Positions 13,547 to 27,529 of a stretch of 64,000 nucleotides of DNA are shown here, piece after piece. The stretch's first letter is position 1. Each line of letters starts with the position of its first letter. The notes below the pieces were generated by a model. The model was not told the origin of the DNA, did no database searches, and worked only from the letters and a program-made list of their open reading frames with translations. The stretch spans positions 118,110,001 to 118,174,000 of the forward strand of contig NC_042999.1 of assembly GCF_006345805.1 (NCBI RefSeq). The letters are read 5' to 3'. The stretch comes from Octopus sinensis (Eukaryota). The position numbers were made by a program, and so were the translations under genes.

Positions 13547-13920
13547 CTGTGTGGTAAGAAGCTTTCTTCTCCATGGTTCCAGGTTCAACCCCACTGCATG
13601 GCACCTTGCACTTCTACTATATAGCCTCGGGCCGACCAAAGCCTTGTGAGTAGATTTGATAGAGGGAAATTGTGAGGACCGGCGCATATATATGTATGTA
13701 TGTTTGTGTGTGTTTTCTCCCACCACCACTTGAGAACCGATGCTGGTGTGTTTAGGTCCCCGTAACTTAGCGGTTCGGCAAAAGAAAACGATGGAATAAA
13801 TGTCAGGCTTAAAAAAGTAAGTCCTGGGGTCGATTCATTCGACTAAAAATTTCTCGGAGGTGGTGCCCCAGTATGGCAGCAGTCTAATGACTGAAACAAC
13901 GAAAGGACAAAAGATAAAGA
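13547..13920 (+). mobile_element. SINE family A, near full length
   Basis: Collinear with 47100-47488. Confidence 0.85.
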
Positions 13921-15169
13921 CGACTGCGTGCACAATGCATTATTCTGGTAATACGTATTTATGTTTCTGTATGATATATCAAATTGTATTAGCAGCCCAA
14001 TTTCTCTTAAACTACATTCTGTTGTCTTTGGAAAAGATAGTACTTGGAGGAATTTTTCTGCACGAAAATCATCAATTATTAACATATTCAATTTCTGAAA
14101 CATTGTTTATTCAAATATCAAAAATAGGTGGCAGGAAAATGCAAATTTCCTAAAATTAGTCAAGATGGTAAAAGGATAGGAAACGTTGCTTTAGAATATG
14201 ACTAACATAAACGATATAAAGAATTCAAAGCAGGTTACAGTATCTGTCAAGTTACTGCTACAGGCAAAGTTTTTAGCATTCAAATTAGAAATGTTTCTTG
14301 TACATCGAGGCAGCAAGCTATCTACAATGCAGTAGCTGAACTTGCTAGAAATAACCAACTTCTTCAAATCAGACAATGTTTTTTTAAAAATCTTTATCCT
14401 AGATGTAAAAAAATTCTCGTCTCCGCTGGGACGTCTTTGATCATGGGTCCTTTCAATCAAGCTGACTTCATTTCCAGCATAGACACAAGACTAGATTTAT
14501 AAGTGGAATAGTACAGTCGATTACGTCATCGATACAGTCCACGATCTGGAAGACAAATTTTATCGGCGCCGGTGGAAGAAAACTAGTTTATATGGCAGAC
14601 GATAGCACTTTTATCGCCTCAAACATGCGAATCCAGTACCATATAATCGATAAAATGAGTAACAATATGAATAAAGTAGAACAAGCAGTCTATTGAACAT
14701 TGTTTATGATATTAGATGTTTAATAAAAGATAATGTGACACTGAATTATTGTAACGCACACAAAGGAGCAATGTGCGTACTTGTGTGTGTATGATTGTGT
14801 GTATATGTGTGTGTGTAATTTTATATTTTCACAAACTGAACGGCAGTAATGCTTAGAAGTGAATAGGAAATTTTACTCTCCATATGTCTTGGATCGATTA
14901 ATATAACAATGACATTAACTTAAAGGTTAAAGTAATTCAAACGTTTATAGGTTTCCTTTGCATATGCCTCACCTTTTTGTCACTTGCAGGACTAAAAATA
15001 AATATAGAATGAAAAGAGCACTTCCGAGAAAAACTGTTTAAAAAAATGTCAGCGGAGAAATTGAAATTCCTTACGTCTTCCTGGTGATCATCGATTTCAT
15101 TTCTTCCTATATAAAGTGCAATTTGAAGTAGACAAAATACAATATCAAAAAGAAACTTTCTGCTATATT

Positions 15170-15174
<5 letters not shown>

Positions 15175-15262
<88 letters not shown>

Positions 15263-15279
15263 TTATATATATATATATA
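15175..15279. repeat. (TA)n microsatellite
   Basis: Direct reading. Confidence 0.97.
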
Positions 15280-17210
15280 AGGAATATATATGGAGAGTCA
15301 GATTTAAGTCTATCTGTTCATTTATCTATCTAGCAATCAATGAAATACCAGAAGGGAACTGTTTCCCTTCAAGTGGCGCTATATCGGAGCAGCGCTACAT
15401 TTTTTTTATGAATCTGACACAAGATTATGAAATTCAAAACAAGTGATGCTATCGATATATGATTAGTAAAATTGCGGTTGATTCACGATGACAGGGGAAT
15501 TAACAGCTGAATGGAGTGGAGTTCATATTTTGTTGTACACGTTGCGATTGCATCTATGTATCCATGTGTAAATAGGCAGTTCACACTGAGAATTTATCGC
15601 AGTGAACGGTAAATAGCTTTACTTGCCTAACCACATTGCATAAAGACCGTCTAAAGTTTGTCCTAATGATCCATATATGTCTACCACCATATAAACAGAA
15701 CTAATTTGATCAAACATAGATCGTAGTTCAGTTAAACAAGAGAAGCGCAAAAAGACAAAATCGATCACATTCCAGCAGTGCATTGTTTTGTAAAATATTT
15801 ACCGTATTTTAAAGCCCAATTCAACAAACTGTAATAAGTGCATTACTTCTCGGTTCAATTTCCCTTCGGTTTTGGCCTTTTTCACAGGAAGTTACCACAG
15901 TGTGTTTTCCCTTAGACTTATCAGCCTTTTACTAAGACCTCTAGAGTACTACCTCCATTTCGTAATCACAAATATTAAGTGGATTCTTCTCTAGATTTCA
16001 ACCTAGAAATTTGTCCCAAGCATCATTACGAAAATAAATAAATAACGATTATAAATACAGAATGGAATTGACATATTGAATGATGTCATTTAGCAATGGG
16101 TCATACCTGAACGAACGCAACTGTTATCGAAAACGTTCCAAATATAACCATATCATATTTTCTTTAAATATTTTATCCAAGTTTTCCTTCGCCTTTTTTT
16201 AAGACGATAGGGTGTGATTTTAAGAGTTGGCTGCTATTACTACCAGATTTAGCAACTATGTAGACGCTCTTTCTGGTGCATTTTGTCTTCTTTGAGTGAT
16301 TGTAGATAACGATCGAATTCTAATTCTCTCTAAGTATTCTCGTAGCACAGTTTAGAAAAAATTAACACCAGAACTGAATTAAAATTCATAAGGTGTTTCA
16401 TTTTCCTTATCTGTAATACAATAATAGTTTCTAGTTTGAATTCAAATACCATTGAGACCACATTTCGCCAGTCATTTCTCCGGTCCTGATTAAATAAAAT
16501 ATTAGTTATCTAGCGGCTCGATTCAGATGTCTGTATTCCTTTCCTACACATTCGTGGACTTGTGCGTAAATACAAAATCAATTATTAAGTGTATAAACTG
16601 AAGTGCAGAAAAGAGAAAACCAAACTTCCTCGCATAAATAAAATAATGTAACACAAATGGTATGTACTGTAGTTTCGCCTCATCTTAGTCATAATGTTCT
16701 GTATTCTTTAATGGTTGGTTAACCCCTTTGAATACTCTATTATTTTTTTCTAGTCATGAAGCATACAAATTGGTGTATTCATATTTTTTTCTTACGACAT
16801 TAATGACGCATATAAAAGAAATATAACTAAAAGGAATTCGATCAGAAACTAAATTGTAAATTCGGATTTGTGGTATTCTTCCTGCTAGCGGCATATGCAA
16901 TATAAAGAAAGGCAATATTTTCTTTGTAACATACATTCTCAAATATTAACAGAATTGTTAGTGCTGTTTGTTCGCAAGAATTCGGTGAAGCGCACGATAA
17001 AATTCCTTGTATTGTTTAGTAATATTTTTTTATCTTTGAGGTCAACTTCGCTTTGAATCTTTTCTTATCGCAGAAAATAAGGAGTCAATGGGCTATAGCA
17101 CTCATCAAATACCAATTTGTGACATACTTTTAGTTGAAGCTGGGAACAGCAAAGAGTTACTTAATAATCTAAAATTCCTTATCCCATATAAATCTGAAAA
17201 TTCTCAAGAC

Positions 17211-17214
17211 ATAT

Positions 17215-17252
<38 letters not shown>

Positions 17253-17254
17253 AA

Positions 17255-17335
<81 letters not shown>

Positions 17336-17348
17336 ATATATATGTATG

Positions 17349-17400
<52 letters not shown>

Positions 17401-17410
17401 GAGAGAGAGG
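17211..17410. repeat. Compound (TA)n/(CA)n/(TATG)n/(GA)n microsatellite
   Basis: Direct reading. Confidence 0.97.
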
Positions 17411-18362
17411 ATTTTGTAGAAATGGTGGAGCAGCACGATTTCCTATCCATTGCACTATTCAGTTGCGCCTTTTAGAACTCACATTCTGCCCAGCATTACT
17501 TCATCTTCTGTTGCTGAATGAGCGATAAAATTATTAGAAATGTTATTAGCTAAAGCATTTTACTGATGCTAATCCGTTTCTGAATTACAAGGAGCTATTA
17601 ACACAAATTCTTCTTTCCAGAGTTATGAGCAGATAAGTGACAGATTTGAATATTTTGAAAAGCAACAGGACGCTGGTTTTTATCTCATTTAGTTTTGCCC
17701 ATAAAAGGGAATTTATACCCGCACAGGAAGCCAAAGAATTTGTTTGATAATTCAAAATCTCGGTTGCTACTTACAGTAGCAATATGTAATATATACCGCA
17801 ACTTGTGAAACCAGCTTAGAATTAGGATTTTTACCATCAGAGAATAGCTAATAACGTCTAGACATAGCAGCCAAATCGTCTTCATCTCATCATATCGTCC
17901 TGCACTGAAAGTGGGTTACACATCAGACAATATAGTCAAATACTAAAAATCAGTGAAAGTATCGCGCTTCAAATACATTTGATCATAGGTATGTTTGGTT
18001 CTGGTTCGACTTCACAATATCAATCGCTGATAACTACACCGAAATTCAACTATTAGCTCTGTCATCTATGTTTTCTCATGAAGGAAATAAAACACTGTCA
18101 TAAAACCAACAGATGCATAAACAAACTCTATAAATATATCTAAAAGAAATATATCAATAACATTTACCGACTGCAAAATTTAGTGCAACATCTTTATTCC
18201 ATAGTTTATTCCGCGAGTGGAAAAAATCTGAGCCGTAAATTGATAAATAGGATCTGACCAATTGAGCTAAAAGATTAAAGTGAGCGGTGATAAGCACACG
18301 CACTCACACACACCACACACAGAGTCACATACACCACATAAAGATATACACACAGAAGTATG

Positions 18363-18426
<64 letters not shown>

Positions 18427-18427
<1 letters not shown>

Positions 18428-18870
18428 GAGGTGGTATTAAAAGGTTTCCAAACTAGTTATGTTTAATAAAAAAAATAACTTATTCACCTAAGTTTTTACA
18501 TCATTGCCTTCGAAATAGTCACCTTGCTAGGACAATACATCGGTCCCAGCGTTCTTGCTACGTTTGGAATCCGGCCTGGAAGTCGTTTTCCGTAAGCGAG
18601 TCGAGGACCTTCTGCGATTCACTCTAGATATCGACAACGGTATTAAAACGGCGACGTTAGAGCTGCATTTTCACCTTGGGGAAGAGATGGAAGACTGTAG
18701 GTGCTAAATTTAGTGAATAGGGTGGGTGCGGAAACGATACCATATTGTTTTGGGCGAGAAACTCGAAAGTGAAGAGAATTCGGTGACGGGGTGCATTGTC
18801 ATCGTGAAGAATTCAATTCTTTGCACAGATCCGGTCGCTTTCACGAAATGTCCTCCCTCAACGCTTGGAC
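18427..18870 (-). mobile_element. Mariner-type transposon 3' fragment with one TIR
   Basis: Minus-strand translation resembles LHDNAP...HPPYS.NLAP..F.LFPK.K...RRF...W.RC....DYFEG; TA then cgaggtggtattaaaaggtttcc, resembling the TIRs at 61047-61259. Confidence 0.82.
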
Positions 18871-19874
18871 CATGGTTTCAGATTTATTTTAGCAAATAAG
18901 ATAATTTGCTAGGCGAAGTCTTCTTCAGCAGGTACACCAAAATTAAACATATATGCACGAGGCAACCCAGTATATGCTGCGTGCTTATACATTCTAATTT
19001 TTAAAACCTACCGCGCAAGCGCAGCTGCTTGTCGGCAGTAAATAAAAATGCCAGCTTTTCAATTCGAAAATTATCCAGGAAAAAATATCAATAATTAATA
19101 ATATCAAGGGTAATAAGAAATATTAGAAATTTCTACTACTAGTGGCCTAGCGTGTAAAAATGATATTATTGGACAAATAAAGTATGTCCGCTTATGTTTT
19201 AGATCTTGGCATTTTCTTGTGCGTTTATATCTATTTTAGTCTGTAACAGTAATATATTTGTGTTCATTCGTGTTTATATGCATACTCTGTGCAAATTTGT
19301 ATGATGCATTCTGAAGACAAATCAATATTCCATTATATTGAAAACAGCTTTTTTGTTTACACACCAAGATCCAATCGCATGTGTCTTCATTTTGTATTTG
19401 CATATAAACAATGTATTTACATATGGCTATATCGCTGGTTGTGCCCCATTTTAAAACTAACACGTAAACACATCTAATACTGTAGAGTTCTGAGTGCGTG
19501 TACATGGAGATATAATTTTGTATATATGAATATATATGTGTATACCTTCGTGATAGAAAATGACAATCGTTAATTCTATTATGTATTCATGAGATTCTGA
19601 TCTAGATTCTATTTCTAAACTAAGCACCCAAACCTAATTCTTGATCAATATGAAATTGTTTATAATACCAAGTGATAAAATAGCTAAAATTTCAAATTTT
19701 TCTTACGTGTCTTAAGTTTATTTAGGAATGACTTAAAAGTTGAATGAACATCAGAAAAATCTTATTGATAAATAATTTGATTTGCGTTAGAAGGATAATA
19801 AACCATTGAAATAAATGTCTTTTATTCACTTGATATTTTGGGTAATCTGGTAATAAAGGAAATACGGTACCGAA

Positions 19875-20028
<154 letters not shown>

Positions 20029-20462
20029 ACAAAATTAGCAGAGTCGAACAAACGACATTTAACGTTTTGCAACTAGAAAAAGTCAATGACTTACTTGCGG
20101 CCGGTTTGTATGCTGAGATATGTTGTCAGTTTTATTTGCGTGATATGAGCATCGGACCACTTTAAAATTTAACGAAGAGAGATAAGATTTATAATTGAAT
20201 TAGTTTTACAAAACAGTTGCTTGGATTTAAATTTTATAACTTTTCGTAATAGAATTGCAGTAGAGCTGTGTCAATAACTACGTAGCAGACAGATAGGCGA
20301 AAATGTTGACACCAAGTAATAAATGATTCAGGCAGGTAGTTTTGAATTGATTGCTTAAATGAGTCTTCCTTGTGGTAATTGTTTTAGTTTCAACACTCAG
20401 TTACAGATTAAATCACTTGCCAGACATGTACAATTCAGAAATCTTAATATTTACGTAGCCTA

Positions 20463-20681
20463 AGGATGCGAGCTGGTGAAATCGTAACCGCGCTAGAAGA
20501 ATGCTTAATGGAATTTCTTCCGACTTTGCGTTCTGAGTTCAAATTCCGCCAAGATCAACTTTGCCTTTCATCTGTTCGCGGTCGATAAAATAAGTTCCAG
20601 TTCAACAATGGGATCGGTGTAATCGACCAGAACCCCTCCCATGAAATTGCTGGCCTTGAGCCAAAATTAGAAGCCATTATT
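20463..20681 (+). mobile_element. SINE family B, plus orientation
   Basis: gagctgg...gagttcaaattccgcc (B-box-like)...ggccttgagccaaaattagaa. Confidence 0.8.
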
Positions 20682-21091
20682 TACATAGCCTCACAATAAT
20701 AAACAAACAGCTGTAAAAGGTTTTGAAAATTAGGATAATTCTATCAAAGCTGGAAACTAATTTTTATTTTACATATGCCTTCGTATAAGTTGCCATAACA
20801 CTTCGGCCCAAAAAATAAATCCAGAAAGCAGTTCCTGGTTCCATGCAAATCGGAAAAAACAAATATTTTAAAAACAGATGAGAAAAAGAGGGGCAGAAAA
20901 CATTAAACCAGTGAAAGCTTACTGAATTTAGAATTAACTACTGTCGGTGAGTAATTATTAGCTATTGTTGAGTGACAGTTGACACTACGGTTTGATTACC
21001 GAAAGTATTCTAACATGTTGTATGTTGACATTTGGAAAAAAATTAATATTCATATTCGATTCCATTAAAGTATCACACACACACACACACA

Positions 21092-21122
<31 letters not shown>

Positions 21123-21429
21123 TAACAGATGCAATCCTTACTCAAAAAACAGATATTTTCTGTTTGACTGCCAGCGTCAATTTCTGCTTGAATTGATTAC
21201 ATATTCAATGTAATGATACATTTGTATAGGCTAACGAATGCCATGAAAATCATTTTCGCTATAAATCAATGAATAAAGAGTTATTAGCAATTAAATTTTG
21301 AAAATCTCTGGTAATTTTAGCCATTCGTAAGTCACAGACACATTCATGCCTGTTTTCCTAGTAACAAGCGGAACAGGAGAATTCATTTGTCTGTGAGAAA
21401 GCACGTGTTGAAAAATATATTGAAGTTAA

Positions 21430-21620
21430 TTGTTGACGCTATGTTCTGCTGTTTTATCCACCTAGAAGTTTTACCTATCTGTTGACATATATATTGAACC
21501 CACTTGTTGGCTTTATCCACCTGGAAATTTTACCTATCTGTTGATAAATACATTCAAAGCACTTGTTGACGCCGTGTACTACTGTTTTATCAACCCGGAA
21601 ATTTTACCGATCTGTTTGAT
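21430..21620. repeat. Three degenerate units of about 60-75 bp (core tttatccacctggaaattttacctatctgtt)
   Basis: Direct reading. Confidence 0.8.
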
Positions 21621-21689
21621 TATGGCAGCAATTGTTTTAGATAATTATTTTAAGTACGTAATAATGCCTAAATACTTGTTTTTTAAGCA

Positions 21690-22090
21690 TATTTAATTTG
21701 TAATGTGTTGTCTATCGCATGAAATGCATATTGAATGCTTAAAATGTTTGTTTTTGAAGTATATTTAAATTGTAGTGTGTTGGTTATGCTTTAAATACAT
21801 AGTGAATGCTTAAAACAACAAACTACGAAAGACATGTTGGTTACTCTTCCTTTCTTTTTTTGTCATTGAGGTGGTTATGAAGAATGCTAAAGATAACAGT
21901 TAAATAACGGTTTTGGATAAATCTTTTAAGTTCGTGCTATCGCATTAAATGCATATTAAATGCTTAAAACTACAAAATACGTGTTTTGGTCAACAAAATG
22001 TTTGTTTCTTTTTTTAAATTAATTTGTAATGTGCTGTTTATCGCATTAAATGCATATTGAATGCTTCAAACTACAAAAGACGTGTTGTTT
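21690..22090. repeat. About four dispersed copies of tatcgcattaaatgcatattgaatgcttaaaac
   Basis: Copies near 21712, 21790, 21937 and 22037. Confidence 0.72.
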
Positions 22091-23170
22091 ACTCGTTTCC
22101 GCAGCGTGTAGAATACAAATATTGACAACACATGCTATTTTCAGGATATTGACAAAATGTGCAGTCACGCACAAAGTGACAGCCTCCAAATCCTGTTTAG
22201 TGAGTGAAAATGATCAAACTTTAAACCTCTATAAATTTTTTAAAACATTTTTCTGGAAAATGTGAAATGACTCCAGCAATTCAGCTTAGAAAACTACATT
22301 AATGTACGAAAATTAAAAAATTTTCGATAAATTTTGAAATGCTGGAAGCCAAACAGGAAAGATCCCAAGAAACTTGTTTCTGGTAAGAAAAAGCTGGAAC
22401 GCATTTTATGAAATGTTTGTTTGGTTAAAGTTGACTTGAGGTTATACTCCTGGATAAGACACCGATCTTTTACAAGTACCACGTCCATTCACAGGGGAGT
22501 GAAATACGAGAATAACAAAGTATTGTACTCAAAGAGAACAAAAGCGGAAAGTTGATTTGTATGAATTTTCTTTGCTTTTTGGTTTATAGTCAATCAGAAA
22601 AGGAAGGGTATTGCGCATGAGCAGGGTCACAGAGACCGGTCGGGCGAAGGCAGGAAGAAATCCTCAAATCGAGATCTGACGCGAAAACTTGTAGCATTTA
22701 GAAATGCTCCAAGGGCCAAATGATGGGGTCAGGTTGGGTGACAGGACATGTCTAACCATCAAGAACAGGACTGAACTATTCGACGGGTTTTTGATAAAGT
22801 TTACATATACCACAATTCACTCACAAAACCATGATCATCTTGAGGATATTGTGCCCTAGGAAGTCTGCACAGTCATTGAGCCTATAGGAATGAAATATTA
22901 ATGTTTTCAAAACGAAAAATCTCGTAAGACGCTTTACGTTTTCAAACAATTCAAAGTATTTCAATTGTATGAATACTAAAGTAGATGCATTGCTATTTCT
23001 GGTGTTACCGTGTATGTCTAGTCAATAAAGTTTAATTTTTCTTAATATTACAAATAAAATGAAGACGCTTGCATGCACATAAGATATACTGATACACAGA
23101 AATAATATATTGTATGTTTGTGTCCGTTTGTATCTGTGTATTTTGTACATATATGTATTATATAGAAAGA

Positions 23171-24000
23171 CTAGCAGCATAGCCCGGCGTTGCTCGGGTA
23201 TGTAAGAGCCCCTAGCAGGCAACGACTAATCCCAATCTAGTCCTTTCCCCCTAGGGAACGAAGGCGCATGTGTAGGTTGCAATGTCTTCTCTTCACTCGA
23301 ATACTTCTGTGTATACGATGTTCCTAGCTGTCCCTTTGGGCGAAAACATGAAAACATCATTGCGCCTCTCAAGAGAGTTAAAAAGGTCGAGTTGCGTCCC
23401 CTAGATAGTCTGTGGTTTGTGTTTAATACACAAATTGGTTTGCTACGTGTGCCACATATGATTTAATTAACCGATTTTTTCCAGTAATAAAGTATCCTAC
23501 TGGAATAAAAAGGGCCATATAGCTCCTTGGAGCAGACATGATGGTCGCTGTGAATTTTAAAAAAATTCCTGCCAATTTGTGAAAGATATTGTCGAGAATA
23601 TGTCATCTTGAATTTGAACGCGATTTCCCAAAATGGCATGATATTATCGATTTTTTCTGATGGTAAGGTATTGCATGGAAAACTAACGCCAGAATTAAGT
23701 TTCTTAGGGTAACATTAAGCTTCACCATGAGTTTGGTGAAAATCGATTGCAAGTTGCGAAAACTACAACAGAAAATGTGTTGCATATAAGAAGCTTAGAT
23801 TCTCGACCCCATGTCGAATTTATCAATTTTTTTCAAAACTGGGGGAACTTTTCAAAATTTTCGCTGCGTTAGTTTTGAATTAGGACATTGGGCTGTGTGT
23901 GTGTCAAGTTTCATCAGAATCGGTTGAAAGCCGTGGTCAGGGTGAGGGTACAACCTGACAGACACACAGACAGACAAACTGCCGTTTATATAGAGAGAGA
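23171..24000 (-). mobile_element. Non-autonomous Helitron (long variant)
   Basis: Minus strand: A|TC start, subterminal CCCG..CGGG hairpin, CTAG|T end; homologous to 55008-55391. Confidence 0.8.
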
Positions 24001-24082
24001 TATTACATACATGCATGTATATGTGTATATTTACATACATACATATATGCATACATACGTACACACACACACACACACACAC

Positions 24083-24152
<70 letters not shown>

Positions 24153-24889
24153 TATATATATATACACATATACATAGAAAGAAAGAGACAGAAAGAAGCA
24201 GAGAGCGAGAGTGAAAGTGCTTATTCTTACGACTAGTAAAACCTACAAACTTCAATACGAAAGTTAATGCCAGTTTAGTTATTATATCGAATGAAATAAT
24301 TAATTACTAGAGAAACACCAGAACTTTATATTTATTTTGTTCTGCCTTTTTTTAAAGCTGTGATAATAAAAGTTATAAGGTTTATAGGTATAGTTGTATT
24401 AGCAACCAAAATAGCAATAGATTAATAGAAGTGGGAAAAGCAAATATAAAAAAGCTGGAGTTATCAATTTTTGGGATAGTCACAATAAAAACACCACTGG
24501 TATAGATTAATTTGTGCTAAAAAGATTATCGACAACCATACAAAAATTCTTATCAGAGTAATTTCACATGAGTCAGAAGAATTTCGTATGTAGGTGTTGA
24601 TAAACCAGTAAGAAGGTTTGAACTTGAATTTTAAGTTTTTCAATTATATTAATCTTTTATCTACGACTTTACATTATGCGTCAAGATTAATGAAAGTATA
24701 TGAGCCAAAAGTTTGAATGAAATTTAAGAGTATAATTGAAGTCAAGGTTGATGAAGAATGATTAAATAATGGAAAGAGGAAGGTGTGTGTATAAAATATT
24801 TTATAATTATATACATAATTATAACAAGGGATTGGCTTTACACCTCACCATGCACTGTAGAAATAAACGCCAAAAGCCCTATTACCACC

Positions 24890-25615
24890 TTAAAATCTCT
24901 ATTTCTACAGTGCGTGCTGAGACGTCGGTGTCTCTTGCAACTCTTCTGGATGGTCCCCTTGTTTAAGTTGGTAAATGCTGCCATGATCCTTGCCTTCGGT
25001 TCATCTTTGGTGTTACAAAGTGAGTTTTTTTTTCCGCTCAACTATGCCCCACACATAATAATCAAGGTGGTTGCAGTCTGGAGAGTTAGTTGGCTAGATG
25101 TTAGGAGTAGTGTAGTCGCAGAAGTTGCCTGACAGCCATGACTGGTTTCTGCTGCTTGTGCTGCATGGTGCAGAATCCTGTTGCTAAGCATAGGGTCTTC
25201 CAGCAGCCACTCTCTTCCCCCAGGGCAGCAATACCTCCCCCAGGCGCATGATGTAGTCCTCCGTCTTGAGTCTGAGACCGTGTGGGGAGATAACCGCAGA
25301 CATAACGTCACTATCACTAGCGATCACTCCAAATACCATAATGTCGACTGGATTTTGGATTTTTATCACTCTCGGTACACATCCTCAGATTGCACTGCTC
25401 TCAGATTGACACCCAAACGTATTGGAGCTTTCGGCGCGAATGTCAAGCAGTACAGCATGTTGTTTCTAAATTTATGGCTGAGTAAATTGCGTCATGGTGT
25501 TGTTTTTCTCACAAACGGTGCCTAACTGACCCTACTATACTGTGTACTCGACAAAATAAAAAAACAAACAATGCGCAAAATTAAAAAAAGGTGACAATCT
25601 AACCATCGCACCCTG
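24890..25615 (-). mobile_element. maT/DD37D-like Tc1-mariner remnant, internally deleted
   Basis: IMVFGVIASDSDVM...HGLRL...VAAGRPY and NTKDE.KARIMAAFTNLNK; CAGGGTG-type terminus at about 25615; second TIR not found; family assignment by resemblance only. Confidence 0.7.
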
Positions 25616-25625
25616 TGTATGTATG

Positions 25626-25680
<55 letters not shown>

Positions 25681-25879
25681 TATATATATACATTTTTTCG
25701 TACTCTCTCTATTTTTTCTCTCAACGTTTTCTGTCGCACAAAAAAAAACAAAAGACGGAAGACAGTTGGTGTAGACAACAAACAGATGTATTAGTATAAC
25801 GCTCGGGAAGTGAAAAAGTCTTTAACGTTTGAGCCTACGCTCTTCATATACATATATATATATATGTGTGTGTGTGTGT

Positions 25880-25913
<34 letters not shown>

Positions 25914-27199
25914 CAGAGAGAGAAAGAGAGAGAGAGAGAGGCAGAAAGACAGAGAGGCGGGGTGTTAATCAGAGTTCAATTAAACAAATGTATAATTATA
26001 GTTAAAGCAAGGTTATGTAAAGGGTAATTGGATACAAGAATGAACGAACACACAAGTCACGAAGACCCAGAAGGGATAATAATAGATAGATTTTGTCGAG
26101 TTCAAATTAAGTTAGAGATGAAATTAAATGTGTATGAATAAATGTAATAATTGTTTCTAAACTTAGGAACAAAACCAGAAGTTTTCAAATAAAGGGTCAG
26201 TCGACATACACGGTTCCAGTACATGACTAATAGTTTGTTTTATCGATACTTGGGGTGGGGTGGGGAGAAAGCAAAGTTAACAATGGTTGAACTCAAAAAG
26301 GTAAAGAGTATGAACAAAAATCGAGAGGCATTTTCCCCCTGTGCTCTAAATGTTCTGCTAATTCGCCAGCATTTCTCATATGTTGTGGATGTTTAATTTA
26401 TAACGGTTCGATAACTATATTCACTACAAGGACCCTAAGTATACTTTGGATTAATATCGTCAATGAGTTGTAGGGTTTTCTCTATGTATTTACAAATATT
26501 AAAAAAGAAACTAAGTTAAATTTAAAAGGAGTAATAGTTACCTATGTTCCGTAACAACTGTTCAAATTTAGGAATTGATGTATATTGGTTGACACAAAAC
26601 ATAATAAAGAATAATGATGACTTAACTTATGCTCATAAAACTATATATGTTCCGCATATCACAGTACAGGGATACCTATAGTGTAGGGATAAGAAATAAA
26701 TAACTGATGATTAACGAATAATATAAAAAGATAACAGAAAATTATGTATAGGGAATAATACTACGAAGTAAGAAGTAAAATAAATGATGTTAAAATAATA
26801 GGCTCTTGGCCTAGAAATTGTAACGATTGCTAAAAACATAGGAATTGAAGAAAGAACAGAACCAGTTATACTTTAACAACCGCCATTGTCATTACCATCT
26901 TTTGGCGTCAAAAATTCAATTACAATGATTCCATCCATGTTCTTTAAATTGATTTTATAAGTCTAATTTTAACCAAAAAGAACGGTGATGATGAAAATAT
27001 ATAAACTAGAATTATCGGTTTTCTTCCATTTATTGGTATTTCCTTCCGTCAGTTTCCTATATCAGCTTAGTTTTTTTTTTTTTAAATAGGCCCAACATGA
27101 CATTTCCTTTCAGAATAAAAGATTAAATACAGTTCTATATTTAAGAGATGCAGAATAATGCACATTATTTACATTTGACGGATAATTGTGCTCAACTTA

Positions 27200-27243
27200 A
27201 CACAACGTTTCGACTGATATACCTTCCAGGTTTCATCAGGTGT
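27200..27243 (-). ncRNA. Minimal hammerhead motif (left arm, stem II damaged)
   Basis: ACAC CUGAUGA A ACCUG..CAGUC GAA ACGU U GUGU. Confidence 0.5.
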
Positions 27244-27301
27244 CTTGGGGAAATTTCGAACCTGAGTTCTCATTCTTAAGGTATTTTTCGATGTTATTAT
27301 A

Positions 27302-27373
<72 letters not shown>

Positions 27374-27379
<6 letters not shown>

Positions 27380-27451
27380 TCACTGCCTGGAATCGAACTC
27401 GTGGGCTGCTAACCCCAAGATTCCGAGTTCGATTCCAGGCAGTGACCTGAA
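27374..27451. repeat. Perfect 28-bp inverted repeat with 22-nt spacer; tRNA-like anticodon arm and T-arm/B box
   Basis: ttcaggtcactgcctggaatcgaactcg / cgagttcgattccaggcagtgacctgaa; spacer contains GGG-CTGCTAA-CCC. Confidence 0.88.
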
Positions 27452-27529
27452 TAATAATAACATTAATAGTAATAATAATAATAATAACAACAACAACAAC
27501 AACAATAATAATAACAATAATAATAATAA

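Noticed and set aside
14206-14502. 98-codon stop-free plus frame overlapping an 89-aa minus ORF
   Set aside because: No recognisable domain or convincing splice sites; runs of this length are expected by chance across six frames of 64 kb.
17088-17528. ORFs across microsatellites (also near 1085, 19722-20165, 23852-24255 and 45751)
   Set aside because: They are artefacts of stop-free dinucleotide and tetranucleotide repeats.
21445-21520. TTATCCAC resembling bacterial DnaA boxes
   Set aside because: The context is eukaryotic, the matches are incomplete, and they belong to the local tandem repeat.
22630-22670. GGCGAAGGCAGG resembling an HDV-like ribozyme J4/2-P2
   Set aside because: No complementary P2 5' strand or P1/P3 architecture upstream.
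27402-27445. tRNA-Ser(GCT)-like anticodon and T arms
   Set aside because: There is no D arm or acceptor stem and the T stem is mismatched; it is a SINE-type head, not a tRNA gene.
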